Shown here in pieces: positions 9,667 to 18,877 of a stretch of 49,167 nucleotides of DNA (position 1 is the first letter of the stretch; every line of letters begins with the position of its first letter). The notes beneath the pieces were generated by a model. It did not search any database, was not told the DNA's origin, and was given only the letters and a program-made list of their open reading frames with translations. A program made the position numbers and the translations under genes. Source of the stretch: an uncultured Myxococcales bacterium (GTDB taxonomy: Bacteria; Myxococcota; UBA4151); contig CAXGWI010000010.1 in the NCBI GenBank assembly GCA_964013405.1, forward strand, positions 1 through 49,167, read 5' to 3'.

Positions 9667-12602
9667 CGAACCAACTCCTCGTAATACTCGTTTACGCTCT
9701 CCTTGTGATCGCCGGGCGCGCCCTCACGCCAGGCCTCCAAGATCTCTTCTCGCCAGGCCCCGGGGACCTCAAAGCCTTCCCCTTTGGGGATCTCCACCCG
9801 GTCTCGGCTCCCCTTGGGACCGTCGGAGCCGCCGGGTTTGCCCCCTTGGCCCCCCGCACCCTTGTTGCCGAAAGGGTTCATCATGCCGCTGCCTTGGCCA
9901 CCACCGCCGCTGGCCTCCAATTGCTCGCTGAGTTGATCGAGGGCCTTGAGGACCTCGCCCTGGTGGCCATCGGCCTGCATGCTCTGATGTTGGCGCAGGC
10001 GTTGACCTGCCTTGCCGGAGGCACCCCGAGCCTGATCCAGCGCCTCGCGGCTTTCGTCGCCGACCACCGGTGCCATTTGGTTCAACTCAGCCATTTTTCC
10101 GGCGAGCCGGTCCATTCGCTTGCCGATCTCTTTTTGGCTGCCAGCGATTTGCTCCATGGCTTGGCGCTCGGCCCGGCTCGGTTGGCTATTTTGCTGCAAC
10201 ACCCGCTGCAGTTCTTCATTCACCTCTTTCGTGAGTCGGGTTGCCTTATTCTTTTGGCCCAGCGCCCGCCGCTTCTCTTTTGCATTGTTCATGTTGTCCA
10301 GCGCCCAATCCAGGCGGCTGATCGCATCTTGGGCAGCCTTCGTTGCTTTCTCCGCTTCGGGGAGTGCGTCGGCGGCGAGACTGTCGTCGGCCTCGTTGAG
10401 TCGCTGCTGAGCCTGTTCCTTGAGATCCTTCATCCACGACGATTCGTTGGGGATTTGCTCCAGGGCGCCTCGAGCTTCCGACAGCTTATCTTGTAGGCCC
10501 TTTCGCCACACTTTGAGTTCATTGCCCATGGTCTCGAGGCGACGTTGATCTTGGGCTTTGCGGACTTGGCTTAACCGACTTCGTGCCCGTTCTTGATTGT
10601 CTTTGAGCCACGCGAGCTCTTGTTTGACCTCATCGGCCTTCTCTTTGAGCTCTCGCCATTCTTTGCCACCGAACTGCTTACCCGCTTCATCCACTTGTTT
10701 ATTGAGTTCGGTGAGGCTTTCACTCATCGCTTTGAGGGCGTCCATCGCCTCCTCGACCTTGCCGGCCCGAACGAGGTCTTCAAGGCGGTCGAGTTCACCG
10801 CCGAGATTCTTTTCGCGCATGGCGTCAGCATTGAGGTGCTGCCGGCCGACTTTCCGCTGGAGCTTGGCCATGCGCGCCGCAAGCTTTTCCAGTCGCCGCC
10901 GCATGCTTTGAATGCTTCCCAGGATGCGCTCCTTGAGCTCCGGGTCATCGGGGCTGTCCCGGTAAGAGGCCATCATTTTGGCTAAGGCCTTCCGCTCCTC
11001 GGCGAGCTGCCGCTGGTAATCGCTGATCTGTTGGAGGCGGCGCTTGGAGAGGAGGTCGTCCAGGTAGAGGAGGTCCCGCTCAAGACGGTCTTCCATGGCC
11101 TCGTGACTGCGTCGTCCTGCCGCATAGCCGGCTTGCGCTTTCGTCAGCCGCTTCAGGGTCTCTTTGAGGGCTCGAGAAAAAGAATCGAGATCAAGGCGGC
11201 GGTCGGCGAGGTCTTTGACCAGTGGTTGTCCCCGTCGCAATTCGGTGCGGAAGTTCTCGCTCCATTCCTTGGGGCTCATTTTACGCGGGAGGAGTTGGGC
11301 GAGCGTGTCGACGAGTCGGCCGAGGTAGGCTTCGAGGCGATCGAGTAATTCTTCTTCCCGGCCACTGGGGTCGAAGATGCGGATCTCATGCCATGCGCTC
11401 CGGCCTTTGCCTGGGCCGGTGACATCATTGTTGTCTTCGACTTCGATACACCAGTGGAGGACATCGCCTGGATTCATACCGAGCGTCCCCAGGTCGAGTG
11501 TTCCCCGCCGCCGCAGTCGGGAGGCGAGGGCGCCGGAGGGAAGCCGCTCCTCTTGCAGGCCCAGCGGTCGGCGTTGCTCATCGGCCTCGCCCTCAAGGCG
11601 ATAGACGAGAAAAACACCCTTGAGGCCATGGTCGTCATCGGCCGTAAAAAGATATTCGACCTGCCCGGGGGTATCCAGTTCGACCCGCTCCTTCGGAAAG
11701 AGTCGTTCTACTTTCGGCGGCTGATCGGGAATGACGGATAATCGATGCCCCTTCACCTCAACCAGTTCTTGATCGTTTACGGTGAGGGCCAGGCGGTAGT
11801 AGCCGCTGCGCCGAACAAGAAACTCACCCTCGACAAGACCGTCGGGATGGACGGTGAGACCGACTCGATGCCCTTCAAGTAAGACGGCAGCCTGCTGGGT
11901 CTTACCGGGCGTCTCCGGCTGAGCCCTCAGTTTGACGCGGGTGCCCGCGGGGAGCTCCAAGTCGCCATCGCTACCCTTGAGGAGCAGGTTCTCTCGCTGC
12001 AGGTAGCCGGGATACTCCAAAGTGATGTCTAGGTTGCTCACTTGGGCCAGGATCGGCTGGTCCGCTGTTTCGGCCTCGGCGCTCAGCGCCGTGTCGAGTT
12101 GGGGCAGTCGCTGGCTGATCTGCCAGGCCGCGGGGCCGGCGACCATAAGGGCTGCCACAAGGAGATAGCCCGTGGCCCGCAAAGGCGATCGTGTGAGCGG
12201 CCCCAAGTCCGGATGGGGGGGCAACCCGGCCAGTGCGTGTTCCTTGGCGAGGGTGGCTGCGGATTCACTGCCGAGCGCTTGGCCACCCTGGGCCAGTCGG
12301 AGGGCGGCGATCTGCGGCGCTGCCACTCGCCGTTGGGCTTCGAGTTGATTCAGCAGGCCGGTCGGCGTGGGCCGTAGCCAGTAGGACAGAAGGATGAAGG
12401 CGACGACGAAACTGAACCCGAAGCCAAGAAGCGTATCCGCTGAGGGTAACCAGGCGATAGGGAGCCAGGCCAAGCAGGCCAAGGCCAGGGCGACCACCAG
12501 CGTGCCGCCGGCAAAAAGGGCCATAAAACGGGCGCTGCGGACACGGCGGACCTGCCGATGAAGCCATGTGTTGAGAGCGTCTGTAGCAGCGGACATTGTC
12601 AT
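9663..12602 (-). CDS. DUF4175-like membrane-anchored protein with Ig-like and long coiled-coil regions
   Basis: N-terminal TMs, IPDQPPKV and ADDDHGL motifs, a Q/E/K-rich coiled coil, a Gly-rich linker, and C-terminal REEILEAW...VNEYYEELVR. Confidence 0.75.
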   Translation of the reverse strand: MTMSAATDALNTWLHRQVRRVRSARFMALFAGGTLVVALALACLAWLPIAWLPSADTLLGFGFSFVVAFILLSYWLRPTPTGLLNQLEAQRRVAAPQIAALRLAQGGQALGSESAATLAKEHALAGLPPHPDLGPLTRSPLRATGYLLVAALMVAGPAAWQISQRLPQLDTALSAEAETADQPILAQVSNLDITLEYPGYLQRENLLLKGSDGDLELPAGTRVKLRAQPETPGKTQQAAVLLEGHRVGLTVHPDGLVEGEFLVRRSGYYRLALTVNDQELVEVKGHRLSVIPDQPPKVERLFPKERVELDTPGQVEYLFTADDDHGLKGVFLVYRLEGEADEQRRPLGLQEERLPSGALASRLRRRGTLDLGTLGMNPGDVLHWCIEVEDNNDVTGPGKGRSAWHEIRIFDPSGREEELLDRLEAYLGRLVDTLAQLLPRKMSPKEWSENFRTELRRGQPLVKDLADRRLDLDSFSRALKETLKRLTKAQAGYAAGRRSHEAMEDRLERDLLYLDDLLSKRRLQQISDYQRQLAEERKALAKMMASYRDSPDDPELKERILGSIQSMRRRLEKLAARMAKLQRKVGRQHLNADAMREKNLGGELDRLEDLVRAGKVEEAMDALKAMSESLTELNKQVDEAGKQFGGKEWRELKEKADEVKQELAWLKDNQERARSRLSQVRKAQDQRRLETMGNELKVWRKGLQDKLSEARGALEQIPNESSWMKDLKEQAQQRLNEADDSLAADALPEAEKATKAAQDAISRLDWALDNMNNAKEKRRALGQKNKATRLTKEVNEELQRVLQQNSQPSRAERQAMEQIAGSQKEIGKRMDRLAGKMAELNQMAPVVGDESREALDQARGASGKAGQRLRQHQSMQADGHQGEVLKALDQLSEQLEASGGGGQGSGMMNPFGNKGAGGQGGKPGGSDGPKGSRDRVEIPKGEGFEVPGAWREEILEAWREGAPGDHKESVNEYYEELVR

Positions 12603-12723
12603 TCAACTCGTTTTCGGCAAAACCGAGGGGGCTTGAGGATGTTCCCCAGGCTGTGAACCGATGGCTGCCACAAGCGGGCCATGCTCGCCAGGGGCGTAAG
12701 GAATGATTTTCCTGTGAATAAGC

Positions 12724-13365
12724 TTGAAACGACCAACGTCGAAGGCTCCGGTTGCTGCTGTGTCTACCGAGGATGACCAGACTTTGGTGGAGGCTGCAGC
12801 CTCCGGTGACCATCGAGCTTTTGAAACCCTGGTCTCGAAGTATGAGCGGAGAGTGTTCGCTGTGGCCTTGCAACTGACTCGAAATGGCGACCTGGCCCAG
12901 GAGTTAACCCAGGAGGTGTTCGTCCGAGCCTGGAAGGCCCTGCCGCGCTTTCAGGGCGGCGCCAGCTTTTACACGTGGGTTTATCGGATTCTTAAAAACC
13001 TCAACATCGACCGCCACCGACGCAATAAGCGCCGGGCAAGCAGTGAGTTTAACGATGACGTTGGCTGGCGCGTCTCTGAAGTGGGTGTCGGCTATACGGC
13101 GCGCCCGGAAGTCGATGGCGTGGAGCACACCCATCGGGGGGAGATGCATAAGGTCCTTCACCAGGCCCTCGCCGAGTTGAGTGAGAACCATCGAGAGATC
13201 CTTGTACTACGAGAGGTACAAGACTTGAGTTATGAGGAGATAGCGGAGGCGATGGAGATCCCCAAAGGAACCGTGATGAGTCGACTGTTCCATGCTCGTC
13301 GTAAACTAAAAGAGCAAGTAGTCGAACTGGTTGGAGAGGAGGCAGAAGATGAACTCCTTCGATGA
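12724..13365 (+). CDS. ECF sigma-70 family sigma factor
   Basis: GD..AFETLV, AQELTQEVFVRAWKAL..F.G.ASFYTWVYRI (region 2) and LSYEEIAEAMEIPKGTVMSRLFHARRKL (region 4). Start may be a few codons downstream. Confidence 0.95.
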   Translation: MKRPTSKAPVAAVSTEDDQTLVEAAASGDHRAFETLVSKYERRVFAVALQLTRNGDLAQELTQEVFVRAWKALPRFQGGASFYTWVYRILKNLNIDRHRRNKRRASSEFNDDVGWRVSEVGVGYTARPEVDGVEHTHRGEMHKVLHQALAELSENHREILVLREVQDLSYEEIAEAMEIPKGTVMSRLFHARRKLKEQVVELVGEEAEDELLR

Positions 13366-13894
13366 TCAGGACCTCGTCTACCTGTACATGGACAGTGAGC
13401 TGCAAGGGGTCGAACTTGAGGCTTTCGAGCAGCGACTGAAGGAGGAGCCAGCGCTCCAAGAGTTGCTCGCCGAAGCCCGAGCGATTCAGGTGGAGACTCG
13501 ATCCTTGTTGGATGTGCCCGTGCCGATGGGTCTTCGTACCCGCGTGATGGCGGAGATTCGGGCTGAGGAAGCACAAGCTGAATTGGGCGTGTTCGACCGG
13601 CTTATCCAGGGACTCCGTCAGCATTGGCCGGTCCCAGTGGCCGTCGCAGCTTGTTTGGCTTTGGTCGTCGGGCTTGGCCTGAATCGGGTCGAAGAGACCC
13701 AGAATGTGCTGACGTCACCGCCGGCCGTGGAGCAAGCGGAGGTTGCAACACCCAAGCCTCGTATGGCGGCCGGTGCGGTCGAAATTGAAGATCTTGATGC
13801 CAGTGAAGATTACGACATCATGATTTATCTTGCCCCCGGGAGTAACAACCAATTGATTTGGTTGACTCCGAAGACACCGGAGGAAGAAGGATGA
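13349..13894 (+). CDS. Membrane-bound anti-sigma factor (zinc-free ASD)
   Basis: Overlaps the sigma gene end. LYMDSEL...E...FEQRL ASD pattern without HxxxCxxC, one TM (VPVAVAACLALVVGLGL), and a small periplasmic tail. ATG 13349 follows GGAGG. Confidence 0.8.
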   Translation: MNSFDDQDLVYLYMDSELQGVELEAFEQRLKEEPALQELLAEARAIQVETRSLLDVPVPMGLRTRVMAEIRAEEAQAELGVFDRLIQGLRQHWPVPVAVAACLALVVGLGLNRVEETQNVLTSPPAVEQAEVATPKPRMAAGAVEIEDLDASEDYDIMIYLAPGSNNQLIWLTPKTPEEEG

Positions 13895-14337
13895 GAAGCT
13901 TTAGTGTTCTAGCGGCCGCTGGCCTGTTCCTTGTCTTTGGTTTCGTCGAAGCGAAGGCTGTCGAGCCCGATGCTTTCGAGCTTCAGATTCGGGTCGTCCA
14001 TGCTCGCACCGACGGTGCAGGTCTTGACCCGAGACTGCAGGACCTCAAGGTGGACCTTGGCCAACTCAATTACCGGAGCTTCAAGCTGCTCGATGGGCAC
14101 AAAAAGCAGGTCTTTTCCCGGGAGACGATCGCTCTTGAGTTCCCTGGCAACCGCTGGCTCAACGTGCGGACGAAGGGGATGACCAAGGATGGAGCCTTGA
14201 AAATTAAGCTCTCCATCCGTGATCTCGGTTTTAAGGTGAAGGCGAAGGTACGCCCCGGCAGTACGATCCTGGTGGGGGGACCCCCCCACGATGGTGGTGC
14301 CATCGTTCTCGCTGTCACCGCGGCGAAAAGCCGCTAA
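13891..14337 (+). CDS. Secreted hypothetical protein, third gene of the ECF operon
   Basis: ATGA overlap with the anti-sigma gene, signal peptide MRSFSVLAAAGLFLVFGFVEAKA, and a beta-rich mature part ending ILVGGP..GGAIVLAVTA. Confidence 0.8.
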   Translation: MRSFSVLAAAGLFLVFGFVEAKAVEPDAFELQIRVVHARTDGAGLDPRLQDLKVDLGQLNYRSFKLLDGHKKQVFSRETIALEFPGNRWLNVRTKGMTKDGALKIKLSIRDLGFKVKAKVRPGSTILVGGPPHDGGAIVLAVTAAKSR

Positions 14338-15329
14338 GACTGACTCCAAAGCCGTCGGTTGGTTTCCCGGAGTCGTCGAACGAGGTTCCGACTGAGCACT
14401 TCATAAAGGATCGACCGAAACTCATGGTCGCCTTTCTCCACCTGGTCACTGCTGACCTCAAGGAGAAGAGCGGGGCTTGATGCGACGGCGTCGGCGCTGC
14501 GATGCTCGCCTTCGAGCATCGCCATCTCGCCAAAGATACCCCCTGTGCTCACGGTCTCAACCGTCTCGTCATCAATGCGAATATCGATCTTGCCTGTGAG
14601 GACGAAGAACATCGATTTGCCCACTTGGCCGGCTTCGAAAAGCACCTCGTTTTCCGCCAGTTGTATGGCCTTGAGGTGACTGACCAAGTAATTGAGTGAA
14701 TGCTCGGAAAAGACCTTGAAGCCAGGCAGGGTGATGAGTCGGGCGACAAGGGGGTTGTCGGCCGGCGTCACCGCCTCCCGCACCGTGCTTGCCAGGTTCG
14801 CAGCGCTGATGGGCGAGGGGGTGATGAAAACATTTTTTTCGAAGGGATGCTCTTCGGGCTCTTCGCCTTCTTCCGCCTCCTCATCCCCGGATTCTTCGGA
14901 TGCCTCGTCTTCCGCCACCTCTTCTGGTGGCGTGCTGGCCTCCTCTTCTGCCTCCGTACCCTCGCTCTCTTCAGTCTCGGTGTCGCTGTCCGTTGGCGGC
15001 TCCGAAGCCGATTCATCGCTGGGGTGAGAGGCTATCTCTTGCTCTTGGTTCCAGCGTCTTGCGAGGTCAAAGAAGTTCGCCGGGTAGCCCACGAGCACCA
15101 ATGGGCAGTTGGTTTCGCTGCGCAGGCGCTCGATGGGGACAAGGTCTTTCGGTTTGCCTTGGGCGATCTCGTGGAAAATAATGACCGAGTAGTCTTGGCG
15201 CCGCATGGCTCGTATCGCACTGTCGGCGTTGTAGACGTAATGAAAAGCCTTAAAGCCCAGGGGTTTCAGTGCGCCCGCAAAAAGGGAGCGGAACTGCTCG
15301 TTGCTGCTGATGTACAGTACTGACTTCAT
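14334..15329 (-). CDS. Cyclic-nucleotide-binding domain protein with degenerate N-terminal receiver-like domain and acidic insert
   Basis: LFEAGQVGKSMFFVLTG and the phosphate-binding cassette GIFGEMAMLEGEHRSADAVA. An E/S/T/P-rich low-complexity tract lies in the N-terminal half. Confidence 0.85.
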   Translation of the reverse strand: MKSVLYISSNEQFRSLFAGALKPLGFKAFHYVYNADSAIRAMRRQDYSVIIFHEIAQGKPKDLVPIERLRSETNCPLVLVGYPANFFDLARRWNQEQEIASHPSDESASEPPTDSDTETEESEGTEAEEEASTPPEEVAEDEASEESGDEEAEEGEEPEEHPFEKNVFITPSPISAANLASTVREAVTPADNPLVARLITLPGFKVFSEHSLNYLVSHLKAIQLAENEVLFEAGQVGKSMFFVLTGKIDIRIDDETVETVSTGGIFGEMAMLEGEHRSADAVASSPALLLEVSSDQVEKGDHEFRSILYEVLSRNLVRRLRETNRRLWSQS

Positions 15330-16924
15330 GGCTCTTTCTTGAACAGGCTCGCCATGGGTACCCCTTCAACCTCAACGGCTGCAACCGGCTTGAATCCAGA
15401 CTGCCTTAAGTGACTGAGAACCCAGTCGGAATCCGGCTGATGAAAGCTGATTCCCCAGTCGGCTCTGGAGGGACCTCGAGCGAAGCGTAGATCCGCCCTC
15501 AGGTAACCGATCTCTTGATAGGCCTTAAAGGCATCGAGATTTGTTCGGTCCAAGAAGAGGCGAGCCTTGGGCTTGGCTTCGCGATTCAGTTGATCGAGTA
15601 GTTGCCTGCTGGCACCACCCCAGAATTGGCGCTCCATCCCCAGATTTGCGGCGCCGCGGATACCCCCAGCCAGCTCACTGTAGCTGCCGATGCCATGGGG
15701 GTGGTGACGCAGTAGGGTGACCGCCCCCGGCAGGACCATCAGGGCTGCGATCGCAAGGACGAAGGGGCGGCGGTTCCGGCCAAGGCTTTGAATGTGGGGC
15801 CAGGCCCAGGCTGCGGCGATGATCAGCAGCAGGGGGAGGCCGTTCATCCAGTGTTTGGTACCCCCAAAGATCGGTACTTTCGGGCCGGCGATGAGGAGGG
15901 GAGGGAAAAGGGCAGTGGCGAGCAAGAGAAAGGCTCGTTCCTGTCGGTCCCAGACCCCATGCCACAGGGCAGACAGGCTCTCCCGAGCCTGGGCGAGGAC
16001 GCCGGCGGTTGCAGCAACCAATGTCACCAGGGGAAGTGTGATCGCCCACATCGTGAAGGGGAAGGCCCGCGGGAACGGTGGCTCCCAGAGCCCATCACCG
16101 AAGTATCGTACGGGGTAATGCTCATGGTGAAGGTGAAAACTGAGATACCACGAGACCCGTTCGAGGGGTGCCGGCCAAAGATAAGGCCAGTGCAGGAGGA
16201 AGACGAGGGGGCCGAGGACGCCCATTGCGAGGACCCACCAGGGGATGGGGGGCAGGCGGAGTCTTGCCTTGGCCAAAGACAGCCGATCTCGTTGGCAAAA
16301 GAGCCAGTGAAGACCGAAGACGATGGGGAGAAAGAGCGCGTTGTGTTTGGTGGCGATGGCGAGGCCGAAGACGAGACCAAGTCGCACGTGGCCCCAAACC
16401 GAGTCACCCCGGTTCACATAGGCGAGCACAACCGCAACCCAAAGGGCTGTGACTGCCGAGTCAAAACAGGCGAGATGGCCATGGTAGTAGAACCGAGGTG
16501 CGAAGAGGAGCATGAGGGCTGCGAGCAGGCCGACAGGCCGGCAAAACAGTTGGCGGCCCAGCACATAGGTCAAAGCCACAGCCAGCCCGGCCATTCCCAT
16601 GCCGGGCAGACGCATGGCGGTGGGGCCAGAAACCCAACCGAGACTTCGATGGAAGAGGATGTCCGAGAGGGCAAATAGGCTCTTCATGAGCACGGGGTGT
16701 TCTGGATTATAACTCCAGTTGGCATCGATCCCGGCCTGACTGAAGGCCAGGGACGGCTGGCTAAAGATTAGATCAAACCATCGCCCATAGTCCCGGGCCG
16801 CTTTGAAATAATAACCTTCATCTCGGGTGAAGCCGACGCTGTCCGCACCGAAGAGAAGCAAGAGGAAGGTGCCGATGCCTAGGGACCAGGCCAAGCGGCG
16901 ATCGAGGGGCTCGAGGGCATTCAT
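15326..16924 (-). CDS. Glycosyltransferase family 39 / ArnT-PMT-like (GT-C) membrane protein
   Basis: First-loop DE motif (FTRDEGYY), EHPVLMK, R.P, LA.ATKHNA and about 10 hydrophobic segments. Confidence 0.85.
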   Translation of the reverse strand: MNALEPLDRRLAWSLGIGTFLLLLFGADSVGFTRDEGYYFKAARDYGRWFDLIFSQPSLAFSQAGIDANWSYNPEHPVLMKSLFALSDILFHRSLGWVSGPTAMRLPGMGMAGLAVALTYVLGRQLFCRPVGLLAALMLLFAPRFYYHGHLACFDSAVTALWVAVVLAYVNRGDSVWGHVRLGLVFGLAIATKHNALFLPIVFGLHWLFCQRDRLSLAKARLRLPPIPWWVLAMGVLGPLVFLLHWPYLWPAPLERVSWYLSFHLHHEHYPVRYFGDGLWEPPFPRAFPFTMWAITLPLVTLVAATAGVLAQARESLSALWHGVWDRQERAFLLLATALFPPLLIAGPKVPIFGGTKHWMNGLPLLLIIAAAWAWPHIQSLGRNRRPFVLAIAALMVLPGAVTLLRHHPHGIGSYSELAGGIRGAANLGMERQFWGGASRQLLDQLNREAKPKARLFLDRTNLDAFKAYQEIGYLRADLRFARGPSRADWGISFHQPDSDWVLSHLRQSGFKPVAAVEVEGVPMASLFKKEP

Positions 16925-17709
16925 TGGAGCCCCAGGCTCAAGGCCATCTCGTTACGGTCGGGCGCCGATGTGGAGAATTCGAAACGCAAAGGTGCCGACC
17001 GGTCGAGACGGAGATGAAAGGGGCGCAGGCCTGTTTTCGGCTGATAGGCGTAGCGAAAGAGCAACTCATCGCCCTGCCGGACAGCCAACTGGACCGGCGC
17101 CTGGCCATGGCGAGCGCCGTGATCTGTGTGCCCGATGCCACCAACGAGGCTCTTGGCGTCTTTGGGGTCGATGATCAGGGTGGCTTGGCCACTGGGTGGG
17201 AGTTTGAGTTTGTAACCGTGGGCAAAGCGTCCATCGAAGATCACTTCACCCCGCCTGATCTCGCCCTTGCCTTCCCGGCAGGCCGTGCGCCGTGCCGTCG
17301 TTCGGCACCGGCCCCAGGCGATTTCTTCAAGGAGCGGGGTGGCGCCTTGATCACCTCGATAGAAGCGAAGCTCGTAGGGCCCGTACCTTGTGCTGCGTTC
17401 GGGACTGCCCAAGGTGGCGGGAGGGGAAGAGGAATTGGGACCTAGGATGAGCCAAAGGCCCCGATGGGGGCGATGAAGGTCGTGGCGGCCGAGACGGAGT
17501 TTCGGTTTCTTTATGACCCCGTGAATTCGGTGGGCCCACCCCCACTCCCACTCTGGAGAGAAGGCGATTTCCTCACCGGGCTTATGGTCTTTGCTCAGGG
17601 ATTGGATCAGCTCCGTTCGGGCCCCTTCATCGGGGCGGTTCCAAGCGGTGCTCGCCTGGAGCGCCCAGGTGATGCCGAGGGCGCCGAGCAGGAGGAGTTG
17701 GCTGCGCAC
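16921..17709 (-). CDS. Hypothetical exported/membrane-anchored protein
   Basis: 262-aa ORF filling the gap, N-terminal hydrophobic segment, beta-rich C-terminal region, and overlap with the GT39 start. Confidence 0.65.
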   Translation of the reverse strand: MRSQLLLLGALGITWALQASTAWNRPDEGARTELIQSLSKDHKPGEEIAFSPEWEWGWAHRIHGVIKKPKLRLGRHDLHRPHRGLWLILGPNSSSPPATLGSPERSTRYGPYELRFYRGDQGATPLLEEIAWGRCRTTARRTACREGKGEIRRGEVIFDGRFAHGYKLKLPPSGQATLIIDPKDAKSLVGGIGHTDHGARHGQAPVQLAVRQGDELLFRYAYQPKTGLRPFHLRLDRSAPLRFEFSTSAPDRNEMALSLGLQ

Positions 17710-18846
17710 CTAATCGCCCGGTTGCAGGGCGAGCGCCCAACTGATGCCGAGCATGCCATCGGTAACCGCTTTGGGTTGCCCACCTTCGACGGATCGTTCC
17801 AGGAGGCGAGCCCTCGCAAAGACGGTGGCTCCTCTTTGGAGCCGCCAGCGCACCTCCGCCAGGGCAAATGGATGGCTGCGATCGCCCACCCAGCCGCCAC
17901 CGAGATAAATCCGTCCGACCTTGCCCCGATGAATGCTTGCGACAGCTTCTGCCCTCTGGAGCCCCGGGTCTTGGGAAAAGGTCAAACGCATCCGGTCACT
18001 CCACTGCACCTTGGCAGCAAAACCGAGGCCGCCTGTGGGCCCTAGAGTCAGGTCTGTGAGGGGGTCGAGCATGCCCAGGGATGGGTCGAAGGGCTGTGCC
18101 ACGAGTCCGCTTGGGCTGTGCCTGAGTTCCAGGCGCCAACGCAGCCAGTCCGGGGAGAGGCGGTGTTCGCCCCGCAGGCCACCATGGACTCGCCATTGAC
18201 GATCTTGGTGGCTACCGAGGCCCAGGACGCCGCTGGCAAAACCAGCGAGGGCGAAGTCTGAGCCGTGATAGGGCAAGGTGAGGTCGATGGCCAAACGACC
18301 GTCGACACCGGGTTGCAGCGGGCCAGCATCGGTTCCCGCCACGACCAGTGCTAGTTCTGGCTGAACCGGTTGTCGAACCCGGGGTGTCCAAAGGCTGTAA
18401 GCTAAGCTCGCCAGGGCAAAGTGACGGGACAGGGCGACTTGTCCTCGCCAACGATCGTTCTGACCGATGAACTGCAGCGCCGAATCGGGGCGGTCGGGAT
18501 GGTGACCGATCGGGTACTGCTGGACCACGGTTTCGGCCCCTGCACTGAGGTGGAGTTTACCGCCGCTGGCGGAGAGTTTACCCCGGCGCCATTTCAGGTC
18601 CTGAAGGATGGCCGTGAAATCCCCTGCCGTATCCCAGTCTTGGCGGCGCAAAGAGAGCTCGCCCGGGAAAAACTCAAGGGGCACCGCCAGGTGGAGGTGT
18701 TGTCCTTCGGACTTGAGAATTAGGTCCGGTTGAATGTGGAGTCGTAAGCGCTCATCGAGTCGACCGATCCCGAGTTCAAGGCCGACATGGGGCGTCGCCT
18801 CAGCGAGGCCAGGAACAAAGGCGAGCCATACCAGCCAAACCCGCAT
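17710..18846 (-). CDS. Hypothetical protein, probable outer-membrane beta-barrel
   Basis: Signal peptide MRVWLVWLAFVPGLAEA (ATG 18846; the ORF extends to 18888). Alternating amphipathic strands and terminal GMLGISW. Confidence 0.6.
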   Translation of the reverse strand: MRVWLVWLAFVPGLAEATPHVGLELGIGRLDERLRLHIQPDLILKSEGQHLHLAVPLEFFPGELSLRRQDWDTAGDFTAILQDLKWRRGKLSASGGKLHLSAGAETVVQQYPIGHHPDRPDSALQFIGQNDRWRGQVALSRHFALASLAYSLWTPRVRQPVQPELALVVAGTDAGPLQPGVDGRLAIDLTLPYHGSDFALAGFASGVLGLGSHQDRQWRVHGGLRGEHRLSPDWLRWRLELRHSPSGLVAQPFDPSLGMLDPLTDLTLGPTGGLGFAAKVQWSDRMRLTFSQDPGLQRAEAVASIHRGKVGRIYLGGGWVGDRSHPFALAEVRWRLQRGATVFARARLLERSVEGGQPKAVTDGMLGISWALALQPGD

Positions 18847-18877
18847 GGAAAGGGCTCCTTGAGATCCCAGGCATCTC

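Noticed and set aside
12603..12723. Autoregulatory ECF promoter and small hairpin (CTCGTTTT/AAAACCGAG)
   Set aside because: TGAACC and GGAAT are -35-like, but no convincing -10 lies at the proper spacing. The hairpin is short and lacks a U-tract.
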